A DNA stretch of 64,000 bases from assembly GCF_054482525.1 (NCBI RefSeq), contig NZ_JBTHVG010000007.1; one strand, written 5' to 3'. Source of the DNA: a plasmid. Shown here in pieces: positions 1-11,004 of the stretch (position 1 is its first letter; each line of letters begins with the position of its first letter). The translations under genes and the position numbers were made by a program. The notes beneath the pieces were generated by a model, which saw only the letters and a program-made list of their open reading frames with translations, was not told the origin of the DNA and did no database searches.

Positions 1-164
1 GTCGGTGTTTCCCCTTCCGTTTTCCGTTTCAGTGTCAGTACCGGTCGTTTCTGCTCTGTCATGATTGCCCTGACCTTTGTGAAAATATGTCCTCCAGGTC
101 GTTGAAACTACTCACTATGATATTAAGCTGACCTCAACGACCTCTGACATATTAATACCGACAA

Positions 165-1025
165 TTAAAGATGTTTTTTAAACCATTGCGTCTGTACTGC
201 CGCCACACGTTCAAAAAACGCGCCTTTATAAATATCATAATGGCATGCGTCAGCTTCCTCGTATAATTCCTTAGTACCAGAAGCAACAGCATCATATAAG
301 GCTCTTCCCTGTTCTGGTGGATTAACACTATCCTGGCCGGCAATAACAACCAAAACTGGGCACTGTACTTTGGCTGCGCTCTCTGCCGGTTTATATTGCA
401 ACGTCTCCATAACCGTAAGGAAAGGTATTTTTATATCCATTTCAGGATACTGACCTTTTACCTTCTCGAAGAATACCTTTGATTCATTATCACTCAGTAC
501 CCGGGTAACCCCCACAAACATCTCTTTCCCGGTATTTTTCTTCTTTTCTGCCATTTTATTCAGCGTGGACAGAAAAGAAGCTTTCTCCAGTTCATTCATT
601 TCTCCGGTAACCAGAACCTCACCGTCAGCAAAAGCCAGCTGGCTGACAATACATTTTACGCGTTGGTCCTGCGCAGCTGCACTGAAGACATGCCCCCCTC
701 CCAGCGATGTTCCCCATAACCCAATACGCTGATTATCAATACATACCTGCTTTTCTGCCCAATTGATAACTGAAATAATATCTTCGGTCTGCATTGCCGG
801 AACCAGACGACCTCGTTCCCCTTCACTCTCACCGAATCCACGATAATCAAAAGTAATCGTTGCAAACCCGGCTTCTGTAAACGCATTCGCAAAGGAAGGC
901 AGCAGAACATTCCGGATACCGCAAAATCCATGGCATAAGAGAATCAAAGGATGTTTTATATTTCCTTCCGGGACACGAAATGTCAGGGCAATACCTTCAG
1001 GGAGTTTGTGATCCGTAATTTTCAT
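165..1025 (-). CDS. alpha/beta-fold serine hydrolase (dienelactone-hydrolase-like)
   Basis: 286-aa ORF with G-x-S-x-G nucleophile elbow (GTSLGGG) and downstream Asp/His candidates (AGQDS, CHYD); lies immediately after traX. Confidence 0.7.
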   Translation of the reverse strand: MKITDHKLPEGIALTFRVPEGNIKHPLILLCHGFCGIRNVLLPSFANAFTEAGFATITFDYRGFGESEGERGRLVPAMQTEDIISVINWAEKQVCIDNQRIGLWGTSLGGGHVFSAAAQDQRVKCIVSQLAFADGEVLVTGEMNELEKASFLSTLNKMAEKKKNTGKEMFVGVTRVLSDNESKVFFEKVKGQYPEMDIKIPFLTVMETLQYKPAESAAKVQCPVLVVIAGQDSVNPPEQGRALYDAVASGTKELYEEADACHYDIYKGAFFERVAAVQTQWFKKHL

Positions 1026-1083
1026 AAATATCCTGTGTTATGTTGTTTATTAATAAGCAGAATCAGCGCCAGCATCATACCAG

Positions 1084-1830
1084 TCACACAGCCAGAACGC
1101 CCAGCACAGTAAGATGACAGGCATAGAACGTCGGGAAAAAATCCCCGTACCAGAAACGGGGTAGTGATTTCCCTGTACAGGACACCAGACCAACAGTCAG
1201 CACCGTCATCACAAGGCCGGCCACCGCCGCTGCATCACTGGTGGCAAGGTTAAGCGCCGGAATAACAGCCAGCAGGCAGGCGACCAGCGCCAGACGTTCC
1301 ATTCTGTCTTCCGCCCGGTACAGCCTGTGGCTGACTGCCAGCATCAGCAGCCCGGCAATGCCGTAACTGGTGCCGGAGAAAGGCAACCACATTGCCAGAA
1401 GCAACATGGTCTCTGCGGAACGCCACCAGGTGCGCGTTTCACACCATGTCAGCACCTGTGCCGCAACTGCAAAGGCAAACAGGATATTCCCCTCATACCA
1501 GGGAAAGCCGGCCAGATAATATGCGAACTGGGCAATCACCGCCCATCCCCACAGCCGGTTAATGGCCTCCTGCCGGATATGCGTATGACGGGACAGATTC
1601 AGCCCCCACACCAGGGCAAACAGCGGAAAGGCCCCACGCCCGACCAGAAACATCCACGACTGGTCCAGATGCAGAATGCGGTTTGCATGGTCCAGAACCA
1701 TCAGCACCAGTGCCACCGTTTTGATGATATCCCGCTGTCCGGGTGACCAGACCAGCAACGACTGCAACCAGGTATCGGTCCGGGCAGCCAGTGAATCATT
1801 ACGTGTTGTGTTCGTGTTATCCGTTGTCAT
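1084..1830 (-). CDS. traX: TraX, F-pilin N-acetylase
   Basis: 248-aa polytopic membrane protein, same length and position as F TraX, directly after traI. Confidence 0.88.
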   Translation of the reverse strand: MTTDNTNTTRNDSLAARTDTWLQSLLVWSPGQRDIIKTVALVLMVLDHANRILHLDQSWMFLVGRGAFPLFALVWGLNLSRHTHIRQEAINRLWGWAVIAQFAYYLAGFPWYEGNILFAFAVAAQVLTWCETRTWWRSAETMLLLAMWLPFSGTSYGIAGLLMLAVSHRLYRAEDRMERLALVACLLAVIPALNLATSDAAAVAGLVMTVLTVGLVSCTGKSLPRFWYGDFFPTFYACHLTVLGVLAV

Positions 1831-1849
1831 CAGCGTTTATCTTCCTGTG

Positions 1850-4800
1850 TCAGTCTCCGCCCAGGGTTTTCTCTTTCTGCAGGTCACGAACCATATCCCG
1901 CTCCATCTGCTGCAGTCGCTCCTGCAGCAGATTTTCCCGGGCAACCTCCCGGACCGCTTCCCGCACCCGTTGTGGTTCACGCAGTACACTCTCCGGCAGC
2001 GCGGCTTCCCGTTCAGATATGGCAGACCGGTCACGCTCCAGCCCGGCAATATCCCTGACAGCCTGCTCTGTTTTGCCGTCCGGCAGGTCAGGTTTGTTCT
2101 CTGCCATTTTACGGACAATTTCATCCGCACGGCGTTCCGTTTCACGGCGGATGGCCTCTTCAGCCTGCCGCTGTGCCAGTACCTCTGCCGTGACCGGTTC
2201 GCCATTTCCGGCTCCCGGCTGAACGCTGTTGTCCGGGATATCCCCCCACACGCGACCACCGGTGATGGTTCTGGGATTCCACGGACGACCTTCACCGGCG
2301 ATTCTTACCACCACACCGCTGTCAGGATTATCACGGGCAATCCGGACACCATCCTGCATATTATCAGCCAGCAGGCTCTCTCCGTTACGGCTGCCCTGCA
2401 GGGCCACGAACTGCGCATCCCCGCTGCCTTTCACCCGGCCTTCACCACTGAAGCCCCGCAGCCCGTTTCCGTCATCCGTGGTCAGCGGGTTCAGCCAGAT
2501 ACCAGCTGACTTGCCGTTACGGTCAAAAGCCGGCAGTGCCACATACGGCTGCGGATATTTGCGCCCGGGTGCAATAAACCGTGCAGGACTGTCTCCCCCG
2601 GCCAGCCCTGCCTGACGGAGAACGGCACGGCCGGCCACCACGTCCCGCAGCTCCCGCGCCGTACTGAACAGCCGCTCTGCATTCATGACCTCCCGGTCCG
2701 ATTTCGGCTCTAGCACATCGTGGGCAGTTCCTTTCTGTACGGCATTGTTGATGGCATCCGTCCAGCCCTGACGGTTATCGGTGTACACCTGCACATGCTG
2801 CTTCATACGCGACAGGGCCACGTAGGCTGACTCAAAGCCGGCCATCAGTTTCCGGTTACCTTCCGTGCCTTCAAGCGCGATGGCAAAGGTTTCACTTGCC
2901 CCCTGCGCACCGTGGGCGGTGATGGCATAAGCCAGGTCAATATGTTGCTCTGCCCGCTCCTGACCTGGGCGAATCACCCGGATCTGCTGTCCGTCCGACA
3001 GCGTGACACTGTCACCGGAAACCGCTGTCACCGTCCAGACGCTGTTGGCCACATAACCTCGCTCCCGGTCACTCTTCGTGAAGCGCATCCGGTCACCGGT
3101 TCCCACCCGGATGGTGTCCGGGGTGTACAGTGTGACGCCTTCAGCCACCGCCTCCCGGGGCGAAATCAGCCGCGTGTTACCTTCCGCATCCTCCAGGGTT
3201 ATCAGCCCGTCATCCTTGCTGATACCGGCAATCCGGTGATACACACTATCCACCAGGGCAAGGGCATCCGGGTTATTCTCCCAGGTGGAGAGACGACGCA
3301 GTTCTCCGTCACGTATATTCGCTGTGTTCAGGACAGGCACCATGACCTGCTCTTTGCCCAGCTCACCGGCCTTTTCCCGTGCATCATGAATCATGCTGTT
3401 CAGTACGCGCCGGTCCTCATTCAGGTGTGTGACAATCAGCGTCTGCTCCCGTGCTTCCGGTGTCCTGCCGGTATAGTCGCGGACAATGGCTTCATACAGT
3501 GTCATGGGGATATCCGGGAAAGCCTCGCCTTTCAGCATCGCCTTCTGCTGCGCTTCTGCCAGTTTCGCTTCCTGGCTGTGACTGAACTCCGTCACGGAGT
3601 GCTCCGGTGCCCATGCGCCCTCCTGACGGGGAACCTGAGACGGTTTCACACTCTCAAGCCCGGACAGTGCCCTTTCCACATCCCGGTTAATCAGGCTGTA
3701 TACCGCCTCCCGCAGTTCCGGCGTCTGACGCACAATCTCCTTCATGATGACCACATCGGCAGCACTGCGCGTCTGCTGGAGACGGAAAGGCTGACCGGGC
3801 GCGATGGCCTGCAACTGGTCCGTGTCACCACTGGCCACGGCACGACCGCCACCGGCCGCAATCAGGGCGTATGCCCGTGCCATGTCGGTATTGCCCACCA
3901 TAGAGCTCTCATCGAGCAGGAACAGCGTGTTGCTGAAATTCGGCGTTTCTCCGCTGCGCTGCAGCAGCTGCGTGTCATGCAGAAAGGACGCCAGCGTCTG
4001 TGCATCCACGCCGGCGCTGCGCATCTCACCGACCGCACGGTGCGTGGGCCCCAGCCCCACGACACGGGGACGTTCACTCTCCGGCAGCATGTTCACGGCT
4101 GACATCACCGCCCGGAACTGTGTGGTCTTACCCACACCGGCATAGCCCTGCACCACCGTGAAACGGTCGGACGTTTCCAGTATCATGCGGGTAGCGGCAC
4201 GCTGTCCTGATGTCAGTTTCTCCATGAGTTCGCCAGGTACTCTCTCCATCAGTGGCGTGACCGCCTCCTTACCTTCGAGAATATGGCGAAGAATGCTCTT
4301 TTCTGCCTCATACGACGCACGGGAAACCAGCAGGCCTGTGCCATAGCCTTTTGCCACATCCACATACAGTAAATCACCGCGTTTTATCTGCGCATTGATT
4401 TCCCCTCCCAGTTCAGTAAAACTGGTTCCTTCTGCAGCAAACGACTTCGCCTCTGTCAGCAGGTCCACCATGCTGAAGGCCAGGTTTTTACTTTCCACCA
4501 CAGGAAGCGCCAGATGAATAGCCTGCTGTGCCGGCGTGTGAAGCCCGGTTTTCTGCAGACTGATAGCGGTTTCCAGCAATGTCTCACCGGCACGCGCCTT
4601 TATCTGCTCAGAAACCACCGTAAAGGAGGGATGGCGGGCAAGTTTTTCCGCAGTACGGGTTTCATCCAGTGAGGAATACAGCCGGACATCACGACCGCTG
4701 CGGGCCAGACCGTTCAGGGTGGCGTTGTCCATTGCCATCTGTGTGACGGAGGCAAAAACCTTCGCACTGTCGCTGACGGAATGCCCGGGCGTTTCCACCC

Positions 4801-7120
4801 AGCCGTTCTCCAGCTTCAGTGCCATGAATGGTGAATCGCTCACAGGCAGGGAGGCCGGTTCAGCCCGCCCCGGCACAACAACCGTCATCGCATCTTCACT
4901 GACGGATGCCACCTGCAGGCGGTCACCGCCGGAGACGCGGAGTCCGGGAATTTTCCCTGTCACCCTCAGTCGCTCGCCGTCTGCCACCGGCATTTTTTCC
5001 GGCCGGAACAGCGACCAGCTGCTGTCCAGGGAGGAAATACGCACCACCTGCGTTTCATCCTGCGCATCCCGCAGGGTCAGGCTGTTACTCTGCGCCGTCA
5101 CCCGGTCGATAACATAGCGGTCATGACTGCGTGTCTCCGGGTTCCACTGCTCCATCACCATCCCCGGACGGTACATATCCCGCAGATAACGGCTCCGGCT
5201 GTCCAGCCAGACCGGCGACAGGGCGGTCATGGTTACCTCCGGGCGTCCGAGCACGCCCTGTGTTTTCAGCTCACTGCGAATGGCCTGTGTCAGTATGGCC
5301 TGTTCCCGTACCCCGCTGACCTGTGCCACGCTCTCTTCTCCGGCTTTCACGCTGGCAGCAAAATCTCCTGCCAGCCGGGCATAGCGGACATTACGGTCCG
5401 GTTCACTGATGATGGTGGCCGGCCGCTGTTCTCCCCCCTGCCAGCGATATGTGTTCACCCCGGCATCTTTCATGGCCATCAGTGCACTGCCTGTACCGGT
5501 TCGCTGCCCGCTGTCGGTTATCAGGACCTGTACGTTATGACGTGCGGCACCGTCCAGCAGGGTTAACGTCTCTTTCAGGGAGAGTTTTTCGCCCTGGTCA
5601 ACGATAACAGTATTGCCCGGCGTGAAGGCCATGCCCTCCTGCAGCTGACGACGTCCGGTTATCAGCTCACCGGACAGCCGTTCATCCTGCTTCAGGTTCA
5701 TCTGCGAGCGACGGTCAGCGGCGATAATCTGCACCTCCCGCCCCTGCTCCCGGGCCATCATGACCAGCTCCGCCACCCGCTCACGCTGCCCGGCTGCACC
5801 GCCCTGCCCGGACACAATAGCCAGCGACGGGCGATCCTGTGCCAGAACACTGACCGCATCGCTGTAACCGGCCGTCCGGGGGACACTTTTCTCCGGATGT
5901 ACGGTCACCCGGTTCTGTTTCATGATGTCACGACTGAGTGCCCGGACTGACAGCTCATCGAGCACATGAATCCCGGACGTGAACAGCCCCTTCTCACGAT
6001 CGAGGGGGATAAGCTGCTCACGGCTGATGGCCTCATCGATACCGGCGCGTGCCCGTTCAATCACACCATTTTCCGGCGGCAGTATGCCGACCGTTCTGGC
6101 CAGCACGTCCGTGTACGTAAACTGCACTTTGCGTTCACTTAATCCGGCAATGGCCTGTGTCACCGCCTGCTGCACATCCGGCCCGTCCTGTGAAGCGGGT
6201 CCGGGCGTCTGCGTGCGGGTCTCCGCCCGTTGGTCCGCCGCGTCACGATACGCCCGGATGTCGAACCCGGTTTCCTTCAGCGTCTGCATCCATTCAGCCA
6301 TTCTGACTTCAGGATCGACGTGCTGTTTGGATTTTCGCGTATCCAGTGCCGCCACATCCCGGGATTTCAGCGAGGCGTCTTCCCCGACGGCCTCCCGGAT
6401 AGCCTGTGAGCGTCCGGAGAAGGCCTCCACCGGTACGCCCGGCATCTCCCACATACCGTGCTTACCAACCACTTCCGTTTCATAGCCTAGCGCCTCAACC
6501 TGCTCTTTCAGTTTTTCCCGGTAGAGCCTGCCGAAGGCAATCTGATTAGCGTACACATTCTCAATGAACCCCGTTTTCCCCACTTTGTCACTGCTCAATG
6601 TCTTCCACTCGCCGTTATGCTGCGTGACATTGGCCACTACCGCATGTGTGTGTAACTGTGGTTCCTGATCGCGACTGGTGTCGTGGTTAAACAGTGCCAT
6701 CACCAGATTACCGGTCAGCACCGTTTCTGACTGTCCGTCCGTCATAACCCGTGTGGAAGCCAGCGCCTCCACCTGACGGACAGCAAAATCCACGGCCTGG
6801 TTATGTGCATCAATAAGACGTTTATCACCGCCTAACATGGCCATCACGGAGACACTTTTGGGGGCGGAGAAGGTCAGGTCGTAGCCGGGACGATGCTTAT
6901 TACTGCCATCCTGCATGCGGCTTAAATCCGCTCCGTCCGGCAGCTTCCCCTCCAGAAGACGGGTAAAAACATCCTTATCGACGCTGCCCTGCAGCCCCAG
7001 CTGTTCAGCCCCCCTGCCGGCCCAGCGTTCTCCCATGCTGCCCAGCACATAGTAATTATCCTTGTCGGTATAATAGTTACCGGCACTTCCGGCCGATCTG
7101 ACCTGCGCGATACTCATCAT
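1850..7120 (-). CDS. traI: TraI relaxase/DNA helicase I
   Basis: 1756 aa from the internal start MMSIAQVRSAGSAGNYYTDKDNYY (F TraI N-terminus); Walker A GYAGVGKTT; the called ORF extends 7 codons upstream. Confidence 0.95.
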   Translation of the reverse strand: MMSIAQVRSAGSAGNYYTDKDNYYVLGSMGERWAGRGAEQLGLQGSVDKDVFTRLLEGKLPDGADLSRMQDGSNKHRPGYDLTFSAPKSVSVMAMLGGDKRLIDAHNQAVDFAVRQVEALASTRVMTDGQSETVLTGNLVMALFNHDTSRDQEPQLHTHAVVANVTQHNGEWKTLSSDKVGKTGFIENVYANQIAFGRLYREKLKEQVEALGYETEVVGKHGMWEMPGVPVEAFSGRSQAIREAVGEDASLKSRDVAALDTRKSKQHVDPEVRMAEWMQTLKETGFDIRAYRDAADQRAETRTQTPGPASQDGPDVQQAVTQAIAGLSERKVQFTYTDVLARTVGILPPENGVIERARAGIDEAISREQLIPLDREKGLFTSGIHVLDELSVRALSRDIMKQNRVTVHPEKSVPRTAGYSDAVSVLAQDRPSLAIVSGQGGAAGQRERVAELVMMAREQGREVQIIAADRRSQMNLKQDERLSGELITGRRQLQEGMAFTPGNTVIVDQGEKLSLKETLTLLDGAARHNVQVLITDSGQRTGTGSALMAMKDAGVNTYRWQGGEQRPATIISEPDRNVRYARLAGDFAASVKAGEESVAQVSGVREQAILTQAIRSELKTQGVLGRPEVTMTALSPVWLDSRSRYLRDMYRPGMVMEQWNPETRSHDRYVIDRVTAQSNSLTLRDAQDETQVVRISSLDSSWSLFRPEKMPVADGERLRVTGKIPGLRVSGGDRLQVASVSEDAMTVVVPGRAEPASLPVSDSPFMALKLENGWVETPGHSVSDSAKVFASVTQMAMDNATLNGLARSGRDVRLYSSLDETRTAEKLARHPSFTVVSEQIKARAGETLLETAISLQKTGLHTPAQQAIHLALPVVESKNLAFSMVDLLTEAKSFAAEGTSFTELGGEINAQIKRGDLLYVDVAKGYGTGLLVSRASYEAEKSILRHILEGKEAVTPLMERVPGELMEKLTSGQRAATRMILETSDRFTVVQGYAGVGKTTQFRAVMSAVNMLPESERPRVVGLGPTHRAVGEMRSAGVDAQTLASFLHDTQLLQRSGETPNFSNTLFLLDESSMVGNTDMARAYALIAAGGGRAVASGDTDQLQAIAPGQPFRLQQTRSAADVVIMKEIVRQTPELREAVYSLINRDVERALSGLESVKPSQVPRQEGAWAPEHSVTEFSHSQEAKLAEAQQKAMLKGEAFPDIPMTLYEAIVRDYTGRTPEAREQTLIVTHLNEDRRVLNSMIHDAREKAGELGKEQVMVPVLNTANIRDGELRRLSTWENNPDALALVDSVYHRIAGISKDDGLITLEDAEGNTRLISPREAVAEGVTLYTPDTIRVGTGDRMRFTKSDRERGYVANSVWTVTAVSGDSVTLSDGQQIRVIRPGQERAEQHIDLAYAITAHGAQGASETFAIALEGTEGNRKLMAGFESAYVALSRMKQHVQVYTDNRQGWTDAINNAVQKGTAHDVLEPKSDREVMNAERLFSTARELRDVVAGRAVLRQAGLAGGDSPARFIAPGRKYPQPYVALPAFDRNGKSAGIWLNPLTTDDGNGLRGFSGEGRVKGSGDAQFVALQGSRNGESLLADNMQDGVRIARDNPDSGVVVRIAGEGRPWNPRTITGGRVWGDIPDNSVQPGAGNGEPVTAEVLAQRQAEEAIRRETERRADEIVRKMAENKPDLPDGKTEQAVRDIAGLERDRSAISEREAALPESVLREPQRVREAVREVARENLLQERLQQMERDMVRDLQKEKTLGGD

Positions 7121-7201
7121 AAACGTATATCCCTTTGACATATCCCGGTATCAATCCCACAATGGATATACACAAGACATATCCACATAAGGAGGCAAAT
7201 A

Positions 7202-7429
7202 ATGGAAACCACCGTATTTTTCAGCAACCGCAGCCAGGCGGTCAGACTGCCAAAAGCGGTTGCATTGCCGGAAAACGTAAAACGCGTTGAAGTGATTGCT
7301 GTCGGACGAACCAGAATCATTACGCCAGCCGGAGAGACATGGGACGAATGGTTCGACGGACACAACGTCAGCGCCGATTTTATGGATAACAGGGAACAGC
7401 CCGGCATGCAGGAAAGGGAGTCATTCTGA
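7202..7429 (+). CDS. vapB: VapB/MvpA-type antitoxin (AbrB/SpoVT fold)
   Basis: 75 aa METTVFFSNRSQAVRLPKAVALPENVKRVEVIAVGRTRII; stop overlaps the start of the downstream PIN gene (tgatg). Confidence 0.88.
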   Translation: METTVFFSNRSQAVRLPKAVALPENVKRVEVIAVGRTRIITPAGETWDEWFDGHNVSADFMDNREQPGMQERESF

Positions 7430-7827
7430 TGCTGAAGTTTATGCTCGATACCAACATCTGCATTTTCACGATAAAGAACAAACCCGCCAGCGTCAGGGAG
7501 CGTTTTAACCTGAACCAGGGGAGAATGTGTATCAGTTCGGTCACCCTGATGGAGCTGATATATGGTGCAGAAAAAAGCCAGATGCCTGAACGTAATCTCG
7601 CTGTGATCGAGGGATTTGTTTCCCGCATTGATGTTCTGGATTACGACGCTGCCGCAGCCACACACAGCGGCCAGATAAGAGCAGAACTTGCCCGTCAGGG
7701 ACGCCCTGTCGGGCCATTTGATCAAATGATCGCAGGTCATGCCCGCAGTCGGGGACTGATTATTGTGACTAATAACACCCGGGAATTTGAACGTGTGGAC
7801 GGTCTGAGAATTGAAGACTGGAGCTGA
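7429..7827 (+). CDS. vapC: VapC/MvpT-type PIN-domain toxin
   Basis: 132 aa starting MLKFMLDTNICIF (PIN N-terminal acidic residue), translationally coupled to vapB. Confidence 0.88.
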   Translation: MLKFMLDTNICIFTIKNKPASVRERFNLNQGRMCISSVTLMELIYGAEKSQMPERNLAVIEGFVSRIDVLDYDAAAATHSGQIRAELARQGRPVGPFDQMIAGHARSRGLIIVTNNTREFERVDGLRIEDWS

Positions 7828-7835
7828 CCTGTTCA

Positions 7836-9989
7836 TCAGAAATCATCTCCCGGCTCAACATCCTCCCCGCGCTCCCGGTGCACATTGATGTTCACCTCTT
7901 CACGACGCTGCATCTTCTGCTGGATATCCGGATTCTGCTCCCGTTGCCATGCCTCATAAACGGCCATATCCACCACTTCACCGGATTCACTGATCCCGGG
8001 TGGCAGTTGCTGTTCCATCTCTTCTTCCGGTTTCATTTTCAGCTCCTGCTCGATCCCCCCTGCCGGAACATTCACACCTGCATCTGACTTCTTATCGTTG
8101 ATGGCAGGAGACACCGGCTGTTGCGGCTGTTCAGCCTGAGTCACGTCTTCTCCGGAAACAACCTCCGGGACATCCGGTTCGAAGAGGCTGGCCATCTGAC
8201 GACCTTCTGCTTCCCTTGCGGCAAGTACGGCACTCAGACGGTTCTCCATTTCCGGGTTGATGTCACGCGGAATAAACTCCGGAGCGACCTTCGGTCGTGT
8301 CTGATATTTCAGGGAGAGTTTTACTGCCGGATACGGTCCGGGCAGGGTGACATAACAGGTCAGATCCGGCAGAGACTGAATGTCGGAATAACTGACCAGC
8401 GTCTGACGCTCCATATCCTTACCGGTCGATACCCCGTCACGTACCGGATCAGCACCGTAGGAATACTGCTCGCTGGCTTTCAGGTGCTCTTTCTCACCAA
8501 TTTCACCGGCAGCGAACTCTGCAATCTTATGGCTGGGAGAACGGAAAAAGGCACGGGTGTTCATGACGTCAAACAGCGTGGCAGCCGCTTTCTCACCGTA
8601 GATATCTTCCAGCTGGGCATAGGACTGGATACCAAACACATAACAGCCACCGAACTTACGGGCTTCCGGCAGGATCTCCACCAGATCCGGCAGTTTGTGT
8701 AACGTGGGTAACTCGTCACAGAAAAACCACACACGACGGTTACGGTTTTCTCCCATTGCCAGCAGACCACGAATAGCAATGGACAGCCACATGGAGATCA
8801 CCGGCTTCAGGGAGGCATGGGTGTCGGCGTTCGACGAAATAAACAGCCAGCCGTTTTTCTGATCTTCCCGGACACCACGCATCCAGTCACGGATGGTGAA
8901 GGGCTCACCGTTATGCTCAATCCCCTGCAGGTAACGGATGGCTTTCACGTAGTTGGTCAGCACAGCACGGATGGATATGGCCGTTTTCTCGATTTTCTCT
9001 TCCACCAGGTTGGCCGCCGGTGAATTACGCAGGAAGGTACGCAGCTTTTCAATTTTGATGGAAAGCAGTGTGTCCACCAGTTTGCTGTAGCTGCGGTTGG
9101 GGTCATTACGCATCAGGTATGCCGCTTCCGCAAAAATGGTACGTCCTGAACCCTGCCAGAACGGGTCCTCTTTTGTCCCCATCGGGATCAGAGTATTTGC
9201 GGTATTATCAAAATCTGGCTGTGTCAGGCACTCCTTCCACAAATCCCAGGCAGCACAGCGTGCATCCAGCGGATTCAGGATTTTATCGATGGAGGGATCA
9301 TAGTAACTTTTAACAAATTCCCCCGAACGGTCATAAATCACCACCATATCACCACGCTGACGGGCGTAGTTGGCCAGACGACGGATAACCTCCGACTTAC
9401 CGGCCCCGACAGTGCCGTGCAGACAGAAGTTCTGGATTTCAGAATCCCGGATAATCGGCAGATCGCCAATCCGGATATCGGAATCCTTGCCATCTTTTTT
9501 CAGCATCCTGGCCACCTCTTTCGGATTGTCAGTCAGCTGACGACCACCTGTGATTTCATTTTCGCTCTGTTGTTTACCCTGACGCCCCAGAATCCAGGAG
9601 ACAACAAAGAAGGTGATCAGGCAGATAACCAGGGCCACGACAGACGCCAGAACGAATGCCGACCATAACTGCTCACCGCACCAGATCATATATTTATCAT
9701 GCAGTACCTGAGCCGCGTTCATCCGGAAGGTTTTGCCGTAATACTGGATCTCATAGACCGGCTGGGACCTGATTAAATCCCGCATGCCTTCCAGCGTGGT
9801 GCACCACCAGTAAATGCAGCCATTCACAAACGTCTGCCAGCTTATTTTTACCCATAAAACCAGACCAACTAGGATCCAGAAAAAAATAAACAGGCAGTAA
9901 AGTATGATATTGGCGATCTGACTGAACATGCGGATACGCATGGACGCAATCTGACCGCCCTGGGTCATATCCTTTGCGTTAAAACTCAT
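7836..9989 (-). CDS. traD: TraD type IV coupling protein
   Basis: 717 aa, N-terminal transmembrane segments, Walker [13 protein letters not shown]-rich C-terminal tail; same length as F TraD. Confidence 0.95.
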   Translation of the reverse strand: MSFNAKDMTQGGQIASMRIRMFSQIANIILYCLFIFFWILVGLVLWVKISWQTFVNGCIYWWCTTLEGMRDLIRSQPVYEIQYYGKTFRMNAAQVLHDKYMIWCGEQLWSAFVLASVVALVICLITFFVVSWILGRQGKQQSENEITGGRQLTDNPKEVARMLKKDGKDSDIRIGDLPIIRDSEIQNFCLHGTVGAGKSEVIRRLANYARQRGDMVVIYDRSGEFVKSYYDPSIDKILNPLDARCAAWDLWKECLTQPDFDNTANTLIPMGTKEDPFWQGSGRTIFAEAAYLMRNDPNRSYSKLVDTLLSIKIEKLRTFLRNSPAANLVEEKIEKTAISIRAVLTNYVKAIRYLQGIEHNGEPFTIRDWMRGVREDQKNGWLFISSNADTHASLKPVISMWLSIAIRGLLAMGENRNRRVWFFCDELPTLHKLPDLVEILPEARKFGGCYVFGIQSYAQLEDIYGEKAAATLFDVMNTRAFFRSPSHKIAEFAAGEIGEKEHLKASEQYSYGADPVRDGVSTGKDMERQTLVSYSDIQSLPDLTCYVTLPGPYPAVKLSLKYQTRPKVAPEFIPRDINPEMENRLSAVLAAREAEGRQMASLFEPDVPEVVSGEDVTQAEQPQQPVSPAINDKKSDAGVNVPAGGIEQELKMKPEEEMEQQLPPGISESGEVVDMAVYEAWQREQNPDIQQKMQRREEVNINVHRERGEDVEPGDDF

Positions 9990-10140
9990 GATGATATTCT
10001 GAAGAAAGAAAGTCAGTCGGACTGATTATTAATGATGAAAAGATTAATAACCGTTAAATTCCGGCTTCGCCGGCAACACTTCACGGTCGCACAAAGAATT
10101 TGCACAACCGCTCAGTGTTTTCATATTTATTTCGGAAACG

Positions 10141-10176
10141 CCGGGGAGAAATAAAATTTATTTTATTTCTCCCCGG
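10141..10176. terminator. perfect palindromic hairpin in the traT-traD spacer
   Basis: ccggggagaaataaaat / attttatttctccccgg arms with a 3-nt loop; lies between the traT stop and traD start. Confidence 0.45.
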
Positions 10177-10241
10177 GGTTGGACAACGAGCAAAGCGAGG
10201 CGTCAGTCAGGAGGCCGGTCAGACCAGCCTCCGGAAGATAA

Positions 10242-10973
10242 TCAGAGAATATTTGCGATTGATTTGGCCAGCTGGTCTTCGAGAACAGGCTTCGCCTCTT
10301 CAAATTTCAGGTTAACCTTGTTCGCATTTGAGACCACACGGGTCTGGTATTTATGCTGGTTACCTGTTTCAGTACTGGTCTGAATTTTCGCACCTGATGT
10401 GCCCTGACGCAGGGCGGCAACATTATCCGTTGTCACCGTTGCCTTAGTACGCTCTGCAATCTGCACATCCGTGATCATGGTATAGTTCACATCTTCCACC
10501 ATCGCATCTGCAGCCATACCCACCAGACCGGCAGCAAGGCCCACACCGAGTGTGGCACCGGCAGAATTGGAATTATATCCGGTGATACCGGCACCTAACG
10601 CTGCACCAACTGCTGCGCCTTCATAACCACGGTTCAGCCATCCCTGAGACTCCCGCAGATCCATCTTATCGGCCTTCAGCACATTCGCCTGAATCCAGTA
10701 GTAGGCTTTATCCGGAGAAGTCACCACCTGATACCCTTTTGCTTTCACAGCATCAGCAATTTTGCCCTGCAGCCCACTCATGTCTTTATCAGACGTGTTT
10801 TTGATCTGCAGAAATACCGTGCGTTCGCTGGCGGGTTCAAGCCAGATGGTCTCACTCATCTGAGTCTTCACCTCAAGGTTACGCTTCTTGATTGCTGTGC
10901 TCATCGCACCACACCCTGAAAGGGCCAGAGTGGAACTGACCAGTGTAACCATCATCAATTTTTTTGTTTTCAT
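10242..10973 (-). CDS. traT: TraT surface-exclusion lipoprotein
   Basis: 243 aa from [21 protein letters not shown] (lipobox); the called ORF is extended upstream. Confidence 0.9.
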   Translation of the reverse strand: MKTKKLMMVTLVSSTLALSGCGAMSTAIKKRNLEVKTQMSETIWLEPASERTVFLQIKNTSDKDMSGLQGKIADAVKAKGYQVVTSPDKAYYWIQANVLKADKMDLRESQGWLNRGYEGAAVGAALGAGITGYNSNSAGATLGVGLAAGLVGMAADAMVEDVNYTMITDVQIAERTKATVTTDNVAALRQGTSGAKIQTSTETGNQHKYQTRVVSNANKVNLKFEEAKPVLEDQLAKSIANIL

Positions 10974-11004
10974 CAAATTACCTTTTTTACAAACTACAGT
11001 TTTC

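Noticed and set aside
152-349. 65-aa minus-strand ORF at the 3' end of the hydrolase gene
   Set aside because: It overlaps the hydrolase coding sequence in another frame; spurious.
1676-2509. plus-strand ORFs of 277, 159 and 128 aa inside traI
   Set aside because: They are antisense to the high-confidence TraI coding sequence; Arg/Ser/Pro-rich low-complexity translations are typical of GC-rich antisense frames.
7117-7836. 239-aa minus-strand ORF spanning the whole traD-traI spacer (same length as F TrbH)
   Set aside because: It is fully antisense to a well-supported, translationally coupled vapBC pair and shows no recognisable motifs. I treat it as a probable non-coding or legacy annotation, but flag the ambiguity in the findings.
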